Shown in pieces: positions 56,901 to 64,000 of a stretch of DNA of 64,000 nt. A program made the translations under genes and the position numbers. The notes beneath the pieces were generated by a model. The model saw only the letters and a program-made list of their open reading frames with translations, made no database searches and had not been told where the DNA came from. Positions within the stretch are counted from its first letter, which is position 1. Each line of letters starts with the position of its first letter. This stretch comes from Chrysomallon squamiferum (lineage: Eukaryota; Animalia; Mollusca), in the NCBI GenBank assembly GCA_012295275.1, contig CM022665.1:37324001-37388000 (forward strand). The letters run 5' to 3'.

Positions 56901-57125
56901 TGTTAAACCTTTGAAAATTGAACATGGGTCATCGAAGGGCAAACGTCCGCTCGTTCTTTTAACTGTAAGAATTAATTGTTCTAAAGTATCGAACCTATTT
57001 TGCGAACTATTATCATTTAATCGATCAAGAACTTCATCTTCTTCCATATTCCAATGTCCAGGACTAATTGGTTTCAGGATCGCAGCTTCGTGGACGGGAA
57101 ACTTGGCAACTTGAAGTCTAGCCAT
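10074..57125 (-). CDS. TOGARAM1: TOG array regulator of axonemal microtubules 1 (Crescerin-1 / FAM179B), 23 core coding exons, about 1731 aa (1757 aa with the longer form of exon 19)
   Basis: complement join(55158-57125,44238-44367,43193-43300,33220-33291,27935-27976,25502-25683,24850-25040,24145-24419,21003-21110,19389-19576,18843-19041,18168-18279,17263-17403,16370-16475,16133-16219,15560-15708,14781-14939,13942-14068,13335[or 13257]-13435,11818-12013,11269-11485,10698-10784,10074-10324). All GT-AG and phase-consistent, 5196 nt. The roughly 2-kb first exon encodes TOG1 and TOG2 (LLDDSNFKI, HKNSRVRQE, LLTFPSYDFDL). A disordered linker follows, then TOG3 (DWEQK, VKNLRSQVSRAA) and TOG4 (DWKERHQGI, RLQDANSKVN). 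Confidence 0.93.
10698..10784 (-). CDS. TOGARAM1: TOGARAM1 exon 22
   Basis: ttatag| PVLLIQPFVNQALNANTRSKSDMVLKVA |gtaagt. Confidence 0.92.
11269..11485 (-). CDS. TOGARAM1: TOGARAM1 exon 21
   Basis: tttcag| IFDKFLPRLQDANSKVNRHALE...NLSSKN...FIQYL |gtaaat. Confidence 0.92.
11818..12013 (-). CDS. TOGARAM1: TOGARAM1 exon 20 (start of TOG4)
   Basis: cttccag| SAESVTTPVPKRR...DWKERHQGI...NHIVK |gtaagt. Confidence 0.92.
12838..13281. repeat. Degenerate tandem repeat of about 100-115 bp, about 5 units, overlapping the distal donor of TOGARAM1 exon 19
   Basis: A core resembling ggccagatctaaacagg recurs near 12844, 12947, 13063, 13165 and 13266; the middle units are followed by tgtgctt...cac. Confidence 0.75.
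13257..13435 (-). CDS. TOGARAM1: TOGARAM1 exon 19, two in-frame alternative donors (exon ends at 13335 or 13257)
   Basis: caaaag| GLGEMPNETSSARSRKS...GGSAS [AG|gtatag] RYSRMGKYRLDARVPERSSSCLDLAL [AG|gtgagg]; both donors are phase 2. Confidence 0.8.
13942..14068 (-). CDS. TOGARAM1: TOGARAM1 exon 18
   Basis: ttccag| YYGRKILFILMRHSDFDKML...NLRQK |gtgagg. Confidence 0.92.
14781..14939 (-). CDS. TOGARAM1: TOGARAM1 exon 17
   Basis: tttcag| HKNSAVRKVTAQNL...DGSQDT |gtaata. Confidence 0.92.
15560..15708 (-). CDS. TOGARAM1: TOGARAM1 exon 16
   Basis: ttgcag| DLDMAARCLLAKSGETNAFIRSDV...MINGGA |gtaagt. Confidence 0.92.
16133..16219 (-). CDS. TOGARAM1: TOGARAM1 exon 15
   Basis: ttgcag| VKNLRSQVSRAAILALGDMFRYLKKSMEP |gtgagt. 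Confidence 0.92.
16370..16475 (-). CDS. TOGARAM1: TOGARAM1 exon 14
   Basis: cacag| EQKMNALGMLRRLMRFHQDILNNHLHAVLLLVLNE |gtaatt. Confidence 0.9.
17263..17403 (-). CDS. TOGARAM1: TOGARAM1 exon 13 (start of TOG3)
   Basis: ttacag| INEPVSS...PFKDPEGALREAQKKINDED(W) |gtatga. Confidence 0.9.
18168..18279 (-). CDS. TOGARAM1: TOGARAM1 exon 12
   Basis: ttttaag| LTISGSNSSSNLS...TPRNKIK |gtaatt. Confidence 0.85.
18645..18782 (+). mobile_element. 5'-truncated non-LTR retrotransposon 3' end (RTE-like) with (TGA)n tail
   Basis: Locally GC-richer segment reads QEAGKSWRTSKMMAKDRPACRNVTTAL...*, resembling the W..A.DR..WR..V.AL C-terminus of RTE-clade ORFs. It is followed directly by tgataatgatattgatgatgatgatgat. 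Confidence 0.55.
18843..19041 (-). CDS. TOGARAM1: TOGARAM1 exon 11 (E/K/R-rich helix)
   Basis: ttgaag| DMNSTFTRTLKERIAQKQKQKEEEEERRR...MGLE |gtaaga. Confidence 0.85.
19389..19576 (-). CDS. TOGARAM1: TOGARAM1 exon 10
   Basis: ctttag| MFDTQPISSD...TEDDAAE |gtattt. Confidence 0.85.
20500..20912. repeat. Highly degenerate tandem repeat
   Basis: Recurring aagaaacagcagtataaat-like units near 20564, 20645, 20730 and 20815. Confidence 0.45.
21003..21110 (-). CDS. TOGARAM1: TOGARAM1 exon 9
   Basis: attccag| STVSPLGVASPYGYG...NIALVGK |gtatgt, phase 1-1. Confidence 0.85.
24145..24419 (-). CDS. TOGARAM1: TOGARAM1 exon 8
   Basis: tatgtag| KKTESPFEARPKLARNGS...DVQIVGKGY...RKRVTK |gtgtgt, phase 2 to 1. 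Confidence 0.85.
24541..24704. repeat. 74-bp tandem duplication, about 2.2 copies, in TOGARAM1 intron 7
   Basis: actgacatattcactaaat...cttacatctaaattat at 24541 and 24615 (2 mismatches), with a partial third copy at 24689. Confidence 0.92.
24850..25040 (-). CDS. TOGARAM1: TOGARAM1 exon 7
   Basis: gtacag| MLNSLRKIRNSASKKKAEK...EANKKK |gttaac, phase 0 to 2. Confidence 0.85.
25502..25683 (-). CDS. TOGARAM1: TOGARAM1 exon 6
   Basis: ttcattag| EDETLSNLKPALARGSATRR...EESQDE |gtaaaa. Confidence 0.85.
26347..26650 (-). mobile_element. Degraded SINE-like element, copy 1
   Basis: Shares aagaaatgttttat and tgtggttaagga blocks with 35385-35620, and matches part of 54920-55075 as reverse complement. 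From memory it resembles an abundant gastropod tRNA-derived SINE (not searched). Confidence 0.55.
27935..27976 (-). CDS. TOGARAM1: TOGARAM1 exon 5
   Basis: ctattgacag| DIGSANTGEDAKK |gtacag, 42 nt, phase 1-1. Confidence 0.7.
28071..28580. repeat. Degenerate minisatellite of about 70-80 bp, about 7 units
   Basis: Recurring aagaattgtgcaaaaa...ttattaatgata(c/t)tga units. Confidence 0.75.
29422..29436 (-). CDS. TOGARAM1: Candidate 15-nt microexon of TOGARAM1 (GGNEK)
   Basis: ctgtccag|GTGGAAATGAGAAAG|gtaact; frame-preserving, phase 1-1. Confidence 0.35.
33220..33291 (-). CDS. TOGARAM1: TOGARAM1 exon 4
   Basis: tttacag| DIKENGFHRPDHKTTPRPFLDPIS |gttagt, 72 nt, phase 1-1. Confidence 0.75.
35385..35620 (-). 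mobile_element. Degraded SINE-like element, copy 2
   Basis: aagaaatgttttat...tgtggttaaggaccac...gagaaaaccc...ttttgataaaccagt; similar to 26347-26650. Confidence 0.5.
37216..37463. repeat. Old tandem duplication with a period of about 144 bp
   Basis: aaatgct(c/t)aattaaaca...atgttaataat..act..tccaaatata at about 37216 and 37360. Confidence 0.65.
39362..39407 (-). CDS. TOGARAM1: Candidate alternative first coding exon of TOGARAM1, (MIILQL)MGASCSSDS
   Basis: Donor CAG|gtaaat at 39361 in phase 1, matching exon 4. In-frame TAG lies upstream of the ATGs, no nearby acceptor gives an open internal exon, and the site is inside a CpG-retaining island. Confidence 0.45.
40700..40858. repeat. Short direct duplication with poly-A spacer
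   Basis: aaaaaactata...aattaattca...ttacctttaaaaagtttttctttt occurs twice. Confidence 0.7.
43193..43300 (-). CDS. TOGARAM1: TOGARAM1 exon 3
   Basis: ttttaag| SYKQIYQNKLRRQQNAVAKSATYGSEAGDGPFSVQ |gtaagt, phase 1-1. Confidence 0.85.
44238..44367 (-). CDS. TOGARAM1: TOGARAM1 exon 2
   Basis: tttcag| NFDDASPVKTWASDAETIADPRRVPKRRSTVMGIDIPDENEAS |gtgagt, phase 0 to 1. Confidence 0.85.
49481..49494. promoter_or_regulatory. Consensus RFX X-box in TOGARAM1 intron 1
   Basis: GTTGCT-GT-AGCAAC has two perfectly inverted half-sites and a 2-nt spacer, inside a ciliary gene. Confidence 0.45.
49507..49578. repeat. (TA)n microsatellite, about 35 units
   Basis: Direct reading. Confidence 0.95.
54920..55075 (+). 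mobile_element. Degraded SINE-like element 5' part with tRNA-like head, copy 3
   Basis: ctcagtggttagag is A-box-like. Downstream tttatcaaaga and tggtacatataaaaga match copies 2 and 1 in reverse complement. Confidence 0.5.
55158..57125 (-). CDS. TOGARAM1: TOGARAM1 exon 1 (TOG1 + TOG2)
   Basis: 668-aa ORF with HEAT/TOG repeats; donor CAG|gtctgt after SAPVQ, phase 0. Confidence 0.95.
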
Positions 57126-57365
57126 TAACTACGATCAAACGCCACACTAAGTAAAATGTACTCTGCTGCTTGGTTTTTCTGTTTAGATGACATGTCCCTT
57201 TTGCTGTAAGGGGTATAATGAAGAATCAAATCATATCAATACCGCAAAAAATGACATCTTGTTTTCGCTGAAATGTCACAAAATGGCCGACACTCTCCAC
57301 AACAACAAAACTGTGGTCATCACGTGACTTGCATAGACGGCCAACCTTTTTATTTCCGGTAAGGG
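57126..57365 (-). promoter_or_regulatory. TOGARAM1 promoter / 5' UTR
   Basis: CpG-retaining region with a YY1-like AAAATGGCCG (57280), E-box TCACGTGA (57320-57327) and ETS-like ACCGGAA on - (57354-57360). Confidence 0.55.
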
Positions 57366-57385
57366 ATCTATTATTATTGTCATTG

Positions 57386-57429
<44 letters not shown>

Positions 57430-58547
57430 TTTCTTTAAGAGGAATATTATTTGTAATTTAAATAAATTCCTAAATTCTATTAAATTTAATTAATCAGTTA
57501 TTTATTATTTATTTATTTATTTACTGTTCTTTTTTCTTTTTTTAAATTATTATTATTTAGTTGTAGTTGTGTGAAGGTAAGGTACTAATGTATTTACTTA
57601 TTTACAGTGTACTTTATTTTGTATTATATTTATAATGGTATTTAGTTCAAAAACCAAAGAAAGATATTAAATAATTCTTAGTCTTTTTCTTTATGTATAT
57701 TGCACACAATTATAGTTTATTTTATTTATTTAATTTATCATCATCTCATCATCATCATCATCATCATCATTAATATTACTATTATTACATGTACGAGACC
57801 ATATAATAAAAATGTATATTATTTTAATTGTGTACTTCAAGATCCAGTTAGACAAAAGAACCGATAAAAAAATTGGTAGTTAACCTGACAATAATAATAA
57901 TAATAAGAATAATAATAATAGTAATAATTAAGAGTATAAACAAAAAAAAAAAAAAAAACCACCTAAGAAAAACTTAATAAATTTAAAGCTACCAATCAGT
58001 TATAAATAATTAATGCATATTTACGACTTGTTGAGGATAAAATAAAATTAAAATATTCCAGTATCTTTTTTAAGTAAAGTCAACGTAGGGTTGCTTCCTT
58101 GTTTCATAGAAACAGTTCTATGTCAACAATTAACAGTGCTTGTATGCACGCACATATTCTAAACTACTTAAAATCTCGACCAATGTTTTTTTTATTTTTT
58201 TTTAGTAAGTATGTAAGGTATAAACCATCGATGAAAGGTATAAACCAACTGATGGCAACATGGAGCATAATTTAAATTATGTACAGTCAAGTATTTAATA
58301 AAATCTGACATTATAAACTTTTTTATTACCGTAAATTTTAAAACCTAGTCCGTCTCTTAACAACACTGAAGATCCTTATTATCAGTTATATTTATAAACT
58401 CGTAAAAGGTCATGTATTGGGCGTAACCCTTTCAATATAGCCTACTACTAAGCGTCAAACATTTGTCTGAGGGTGAATATGACAGGCGTAGCGTTCGCTA
58501 TTACATCGATCGTGTTTTTATTAAACTAATAAAAATTATATATATAA

Positions 58548-58582
<35 letters not shown>

Positions 58583-59195
58583 AAATCAGAACATTAATAA
58601 CAGTAGTTATAATCGTAATACTCTTTAGAAATTTACAGAATATTCATAAACATTCGAACAGATTTAATACAGACATTAGCAATTCGATTTGATTAATATA
58701 TACAGATTTCAACTCAAAATTATGTCAAAGAAATAAATTACAACGATCTGAAAATAATTATTGACTAATATATACTTGCAACTAAAATCAGATTTTTAAT
58801 GAATATACGGAATTTTAGAAAGACCAGTCAGTTACCAATTTATTATATTTTCTTTATGTGTGTTTGTTTGCGTGGGTGCCTGACAGAAAATGTATTAAAT
58901 GTGTATGTATGTTTACAAAATAAAAATAAATAAATAAATAAAAAACTACATGAAAGAATGCATAGTGTATTTAGATTGTTAGTATTATTAATACTAAAAT
59001 ATTTATACTTTCTGTTTGAAACTTTGTCTTCAAAGCATTTATAAACGTCACTTTTCAAAAAGGCAGAAGTATCGGGAATCGCATTTTATTTTTAAAAGTG
59101 CTGTTTTTATTATTATTTGTTGTTGTTGTTTGATTAATTAATTTATTATTTCTTCTGCATCTTGTTGTTGTTGTTTTCAGGAACTTCAAGAATAA

Positions 59196-59197
<2 letters not shown>

Positions 59198-59264
<67 letters not shown>

Positions 59265-59268
59265 ACAA

Positions 59269-59317
<49 letters not shown>
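59198..59317. repeat. Compound microsatellite (TTA)n-(TG)n-(ATT)n
   Basis: Direct reading. Confidence 0.9.
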
Positions 59318-59319
<2 letters not shown>

Positions 59320-59814
59320 TCAGACAATAATGTTGAGAGAATCTGTATATTATTATACAGGCCTATGTATACATGCTTCTACTGGACCATATTATTTAGA
59401 AACACGTAATATATAAAACTGTCTGTTAAACGGTTATAAAATGGCCGGCACTTAAAGTGTTGTGTATGTCACTATAAACAACATGCTCTTCGTACAGCCT
59501 AATAACTATCTACATTGACTCAACAGTCATGTGACACATATTTTATCATAATTAATGGGCAACAGAGAAACAGCTTTACGTTTTGTAACTTTATTGTGTA
59601 GACTTTAATAAACATACGTCACAATAACGTATTTAATGCTGTTACGAGTAGGGGTGGGTACGGCGGGTTGTTAATCTCTTTTGCGTGGTATCGTTTCATA
59701 CTTTTAACTTGGTTCTTATCACAAGGTGACAAACCAATAGTTACTTTCGCTAAATTTAAAGTGTTGTCAACTAAATAAATAATATGAAGTATCCCACCCG
59801 AAAAAAAAAAAAAA

Positions 59815-59845
<31 letters not shown>

Positions 59846-60129
59846 TAATAATAATAATGAAGAAGAAGTGAGAACCGAACCTCACCCTGAATTTTTTTTT
59901 GTTTTTTCATTTCAGTTTTTAGTTTTTCACATTTACTAAGTTTAGTGAAGGCAGGAAATTTGTCATTCCACTGTGGTCTACCTCAACCAATTTGAATCAA
60001 ATAATTTTGTTCCATGAATATATACTCAAAAAAAGAAGTAAAAGTATATTTCCACGTTAGTTTTATTGTTATGGGCGACTTACCTCTACGAATAAGAAAA
60101 TATGATAATTGAATAATACTATGACAAAA

Positions 60130-60277
60130 TTTGGAACGCCGTCATTGAACATTTATCCCTTCAAAACTGGAATCCTGACGTCATGGAATACATGCCGGAT
60201 CGATCGGCATTTTCTCCGTCGCTAGAGGGGGAAAAAATCGGTCCGTCATGTACGCACTGACGTCACCGCTACAACAA
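60130..60277 (+). promoter_or_regulatory. CpG-rich promoter with two full CRE palindromes
   Basis: TGACGTCA at 60176-60183 and 60258-60265, plus CGTCA half-sites near 60140 and 60244. By eye, the densest CpG cluster in the window. Confidence 0.65.
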
Positions 60278-60325
60278 ATGTCAGCGCCCAGATGCCGAAA
60301 AACTGTCTTCTGGTTGCTATATTTC
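60278..60325 (+). CDS. Probable first coding exon of an unidentified + strand gene (MSAPRCRKTVFWLLYF; basic-then-hydrophobic, signal-peptide-like start)
   Basis: ATG in good context (acaaATG) directly after the CRE promoter, 16 codons, then consensus donor TTC|gtgagt in phase 0. Confidence 0.5.
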
Positions 60326-61300
60326 GTGAGTAATTAACACTAGATATAAAATTAAAAAATGTGGAAGTATATATAATATATTTTTGTCTATTTCTTTTTG
60401 TTACACGCTAAAGAAACAATATTTTTCAGTCTGTTTTGCGGTTACATCAAGGAAACCGGGGATAGATGATTTATTAAGTTTGGACCCATATCACACACAC
60501 ACACACACACATCAGGTCTCTAATGTGGCGTACCTCTTTTTACCTACTCCAAATGTCAAGTACTAGCTGTAAACGTAAATGCAGTGACAATATATCCAAG
60601 TTTTTTAATATTGTGTGGGAGGGTCTCCCAACAAATACTGTGTTTAATTTATAAACTTAAAACTTATGAAAAAGCTGGTGATTTTTATGTGCGTTCTAGA
60701 TTCACAAATGACACAACAGACCTTACTTTAAATTGTTAATGCTGCAAATTCCTCCTACGCCCATTAGTTTTGTTTATGAATTGTACCAATATCCACTTTG
60801 CTTGGAATAGTAACACATTAGTTTATTTGAAACTAGAGGGATTTTTAATCAATAAAATATACCAAACTAGTACAATAAAAAACATAATAGAAGAAATCAA
60901 TCTCTGAAACAGAGCATCAACACCATTCAACACTGGTATTTTATATATACTCTGGGTTTTTTTAATACATAATTAATGCGTATCATAAAATCCCAGATGG
61001 GATAATGGATTAATAATTACAGAATACTGAAAAAGACACAAATTATAATTTATTATTAATTGTTTGTTTTTTTTGCATTTTTTTTTCTCATATCATACAT
61101 GACTAACCTGAAATAAAACCAATATTTTTTCTCTGGGGTTTGAATTAATAACAAGTTCCTTAGTATTTATATGCTTTTCAGGATATCAAGTACTGTACTT
61201 TTAATTATACATGTCATTTTCTAAACAAGAAAAATATATTTGTACTTTATTTCCAAGATAATTTGGACTTTGAAATAACTTTAAAATTATTTAAAAAAAA

Positions 61301-61350
<50 letters not shown>

Positions 61351-61712
61351 TACATACATTTTTTTGGCATTTCAAGTCTTGTAATAGTTTCCTCAGCAAT
61401 AATAATAACCATAATAATGATAAAATCCCAGTGTAATTGCATATCTGCTTGAAATTAGGTACATTGTTAGTTTCCATAAATTTTATTTTCAATGAATATC
61501 AACAATTGAAGCACCAATTTCTCAATTATCATTTTGTTCCAATATACATTTATTCAATTTCTTTTACTTATTTTTCAAAATACTTATTTACCCTGACTTA
61601 AAATTCTATTACAGACCTGTTCATACTGCATGCATTTCTTTATTTCATCTTATGCATGTTATTATGCATGTGTGAAATTGTTATCTGCTTTGCATGAAAA
61701 TAAATCAGTCAC

Positions 61713-61718
61713 TTTATT
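61713..61718 (-). terminator. Probable RPAP1 polyadenylation signal
   Basis: AATAAA on the - strand about 95 nt after the RPAP1 stop. Confidence 0.5.
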
Positions 61719-61812
61719 ACAAAAGTCCTTTATGTCAACACTTTGTGCTTAGCCCGTGGTAAGTCTGTTCGACTTTCTACTTCTTAAAACTAGTAGTGTA
61801 TGAAAACAACAT

Positions 61813-61953
61813 TCAAGGTGGTTTATTTGTCTTTAGCTGTTCTCTCATTTTAAGAAGTTTTTCTCTGTTGGCTGGAAGAACAGTATACAAGACCATACAG
61901 AATTCTGCTTCAGTGTCATGTGTTTTGTAGTAAATCAGATGTTTTTTAACTTC
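61813..61953 (-). CDS. RPAP1: RPAP1 last exon
   Basis: tttcag| EVKKHLIYYKTHDTEAEFCMVLYTVLPANREKLL...NKPP-TGA. Confidence 0.88.
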   Translation of the reverse strand, partial: EVKKHLIYYKTHDTEAEFCMVLYTVLPANREKLLKMREQLKTNKPP

Positions 61954-63780
61954 CTGAAAAATAAGATATAGGTTTCATTAACAGATTTGAGACACATTAA
62001 TTATAAAATTTATACACTGAGTTTTATTTGACTGCAAAAATGTTTAAATGTAAGTACTCAGATGAGTTTAATCCACCTACAGTTTAACTTACTGTTTATC
62101 AAATCATTTTTTAATATTTTGGTTAGGATCACATGAACATTTCTTTTATAAAATAATTTGTTTTTAAAAAAGCAACATGTAAAAGTTACAGAGTGATACT
62201 TGATAATAATTTTCTGAATAAATTATATATATATATATTTTTTTTTTGATACACATTTCAGGAAATGATAACTAATTTGTAATATAATTTGCACATCATG
62301 GCCAGTTCTAAGGTTAATACAGTGAGAACAGAAATTAATAAACCTCTAGTTTAGACACAAGAAGTCTCTTCCACATTTTGTTTCTTAAACCATCATTAGT
62401 GTCATCATGGGTGTAGTACAGGAATCTGTTGACGTGGTGAACAGCAATGAGGTACATGATTGGAGACCACTTTGCTCTTACTGTCTGTGACATGAGGTGA
62501 CCAAAATACATCTTGAGCAGATCTACATCTGATTCATCAGGGCTGAGATATCTTTCAATTGGAATTAGTAACTGAAAATCAGTGAAATGATAACAATAAT
62601 GGCATAATTTTTCAGTTACACAATCTGAATAAATAATGGAAACAAAGCACACAACTAAATGGAACTGTTGACTGGAAAATGAAAAGTAGGTGAAATAAAT
62701 TTTTATAATAATAACTTCAGTATTTATTTAAATTCAGTTTAGCAACACTGTAAATTTTACTTGTATAAAACATTATTTGCCGATTTCTAATTTAGTTTTC
62801 AAACTAAATATGGAGAAATTGGTTAACCACTTTATTTTAAACTATTAAGATATCATTAATATTATATTGATGTGCATATTTAATAAAGATTTAGATACTT
62901 AAGACATTCTTATTAAAAACCTCAACGCAACTTGACGTTAACAAATCCTTCTCGACACATATTTTTAAAAAATCTAATAAAACAAATCTTGAGATATCAT
63001 AGAAATCGATGTAGTATTAGTTTTAATTTGGTTACTGTCAATGTGAAATGGTAATAAAATGAATACAAAATTAATTGTAACCTCTTTGACAGGCAGTAGC
63101 AAACTTCTGAGAATGGCAGGTTTTTCTCCCCAGATGACTTTGCGCAGGTCACTCGAATGTTTCTGTTGTAAAGGCAGCAAGACGTAACTTCCAAAGAGTG
63201 AGTCACCAAATGATACAGCCTGATACTGCTCCAGCAGAGACAAATACCTGAAATTAAGTCACATCAATAATAACTTTATTACACATACAAACATTGTGTT
63301 ATAATGAAAAGATTTTATATATTCTTATATAATTTCTACTGAGTGTTCAGTAAATCATTTCTGAACCTTTGATAATATTTTTCTTTTTTTTCTTTCTTTC
63401 TTTTCCTTTTTTTTCTTTTTATGCATTATTTATAAACTATATTTGCAACAGTAATTTTCCTAATTATTTAATGGCAAAAGTAGCTGCATTTCAATTAATC
63501 AATTGGACCTTGGTGAAACATATGTTATATTTGACTTCAGCTTCTTAATCATGAAAATTTCATACACATAGAACCATTTAGAAATATCCTGAGGAAAAAC
63601 AACAACATCAGATTAAAATTAAGTCTTATGAAATAAACATGACCTACAATTCATAGAATGAAGAAACACCAGGAATTGGCTCGTTAAAGTTCATCTTGTC
63701 CAGCAAGATAGGTTTTGTGTATTCCCTCAACAGAGCAGCCAGAAAGCAGTTAACTGATCTCTCCAAAAACAGATCATTAC
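61813..63780 (-). CDS. RPAP1: RNA polymerase II-associated protein 1, last four exons (5' part beyond the window)
   Basis: complement join(63648-63780,63082-63247,62344-62571,61813-61953), phase-consistent. Reads [39 protein letters not shown]...IWGE...LLKMYF...WSPIMYLIAVHHVNRF...KKHLIYYK, matching the RPAP1 C-terminus (AVSFGD, VLLPLQ, AVxHVN motifs). Confidence 0.92.
62344..62571 (-). CDS. RPAP1: RPAP1 exon (n-1)
   Basis: tttcag| LLIPIERYLSPDE...LVSKLE |gtttat. Confidence 0.9.
63082..63247 (-). CDS. RPAP1: RPAP1 exon (n-2)
   Basis: tttcag| [15 protein letters not shown]...LLLPVKE |gttaca. Confidence 0.9.
63648..63780 (-). CDS. RPAP1: RPAP1 exon (n-3)
   Basis: atttag| NDLFLERSVNCFLAALL...PGVSSFYE |gtaggt. 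Confidence 0.88.
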
Positions 63781-64000
63781 CTAAATATATAAATATTTCA
63801 TAAACATTTAATTTTTAAGACAATTCAGTACCAACTAATAAAAGAAGTGTCAGCAAAAAAAAAAACCCAAAAACAAAAATGTATCTAAACACATACACAC
63901 ACACATTAATAGCATGAGCCAGTCAAAATTTTATTTTATGTCCATTTTCAAATAATTTAATGTGTGCAATTCACAATAAACAATAGCAAAACACAATATT

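Noticed and set aside
55861-57114. Antisense or alternative-frame ORFs over TOGARAM1 exons (also 10044-10338, 11861-12118, 24099-24483)
   Set aside because: These are expected shadows of real coding exons, with no independent start or splice evidence.

Overview
This is AT-rich, intron-rich animal genomic DNA. The repeat remnants and CpG-depleted gene bodies suggest a mollusc, probably a gastropod (inference). I reconstructed the genes by hand using GT-AG splice sites and intron-phase checks. (1) The last coding exon of an unidentified + strand gene lies at 152-308. (2) A complete 6-exon CGRRF1 (N-terminal TM plus C-terminal RING) is on + at 1152-4119. (3) A complete 23-exon TOGARAM1/Crescerin (FAM179B; four TOG domains, about 1730-1760 aa) is on - at 57125-10074. 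(4) A CpG-retaining promoter with two CRE sites precedes a probable first exon of an unknown + strand gene at 60278-60325. (5) The last four exons of RPAP1 are on - at 63780-61813. The introns contain degraded SINE and LINE pieces, local tandem duplications and microsatellites. I found no CRISPR array, rRNA or intact tRNA, and no evidence of a wholly new biological system. The best lead is a CpG-retaining island in TOGARAM1 intron 3. It holds a candidate alternative first exon (MGASCSSDS, a myristoylation/palmitoylation-type N-terminus) in the right phase to produce a short isoform with only TOG3 and TOG4.
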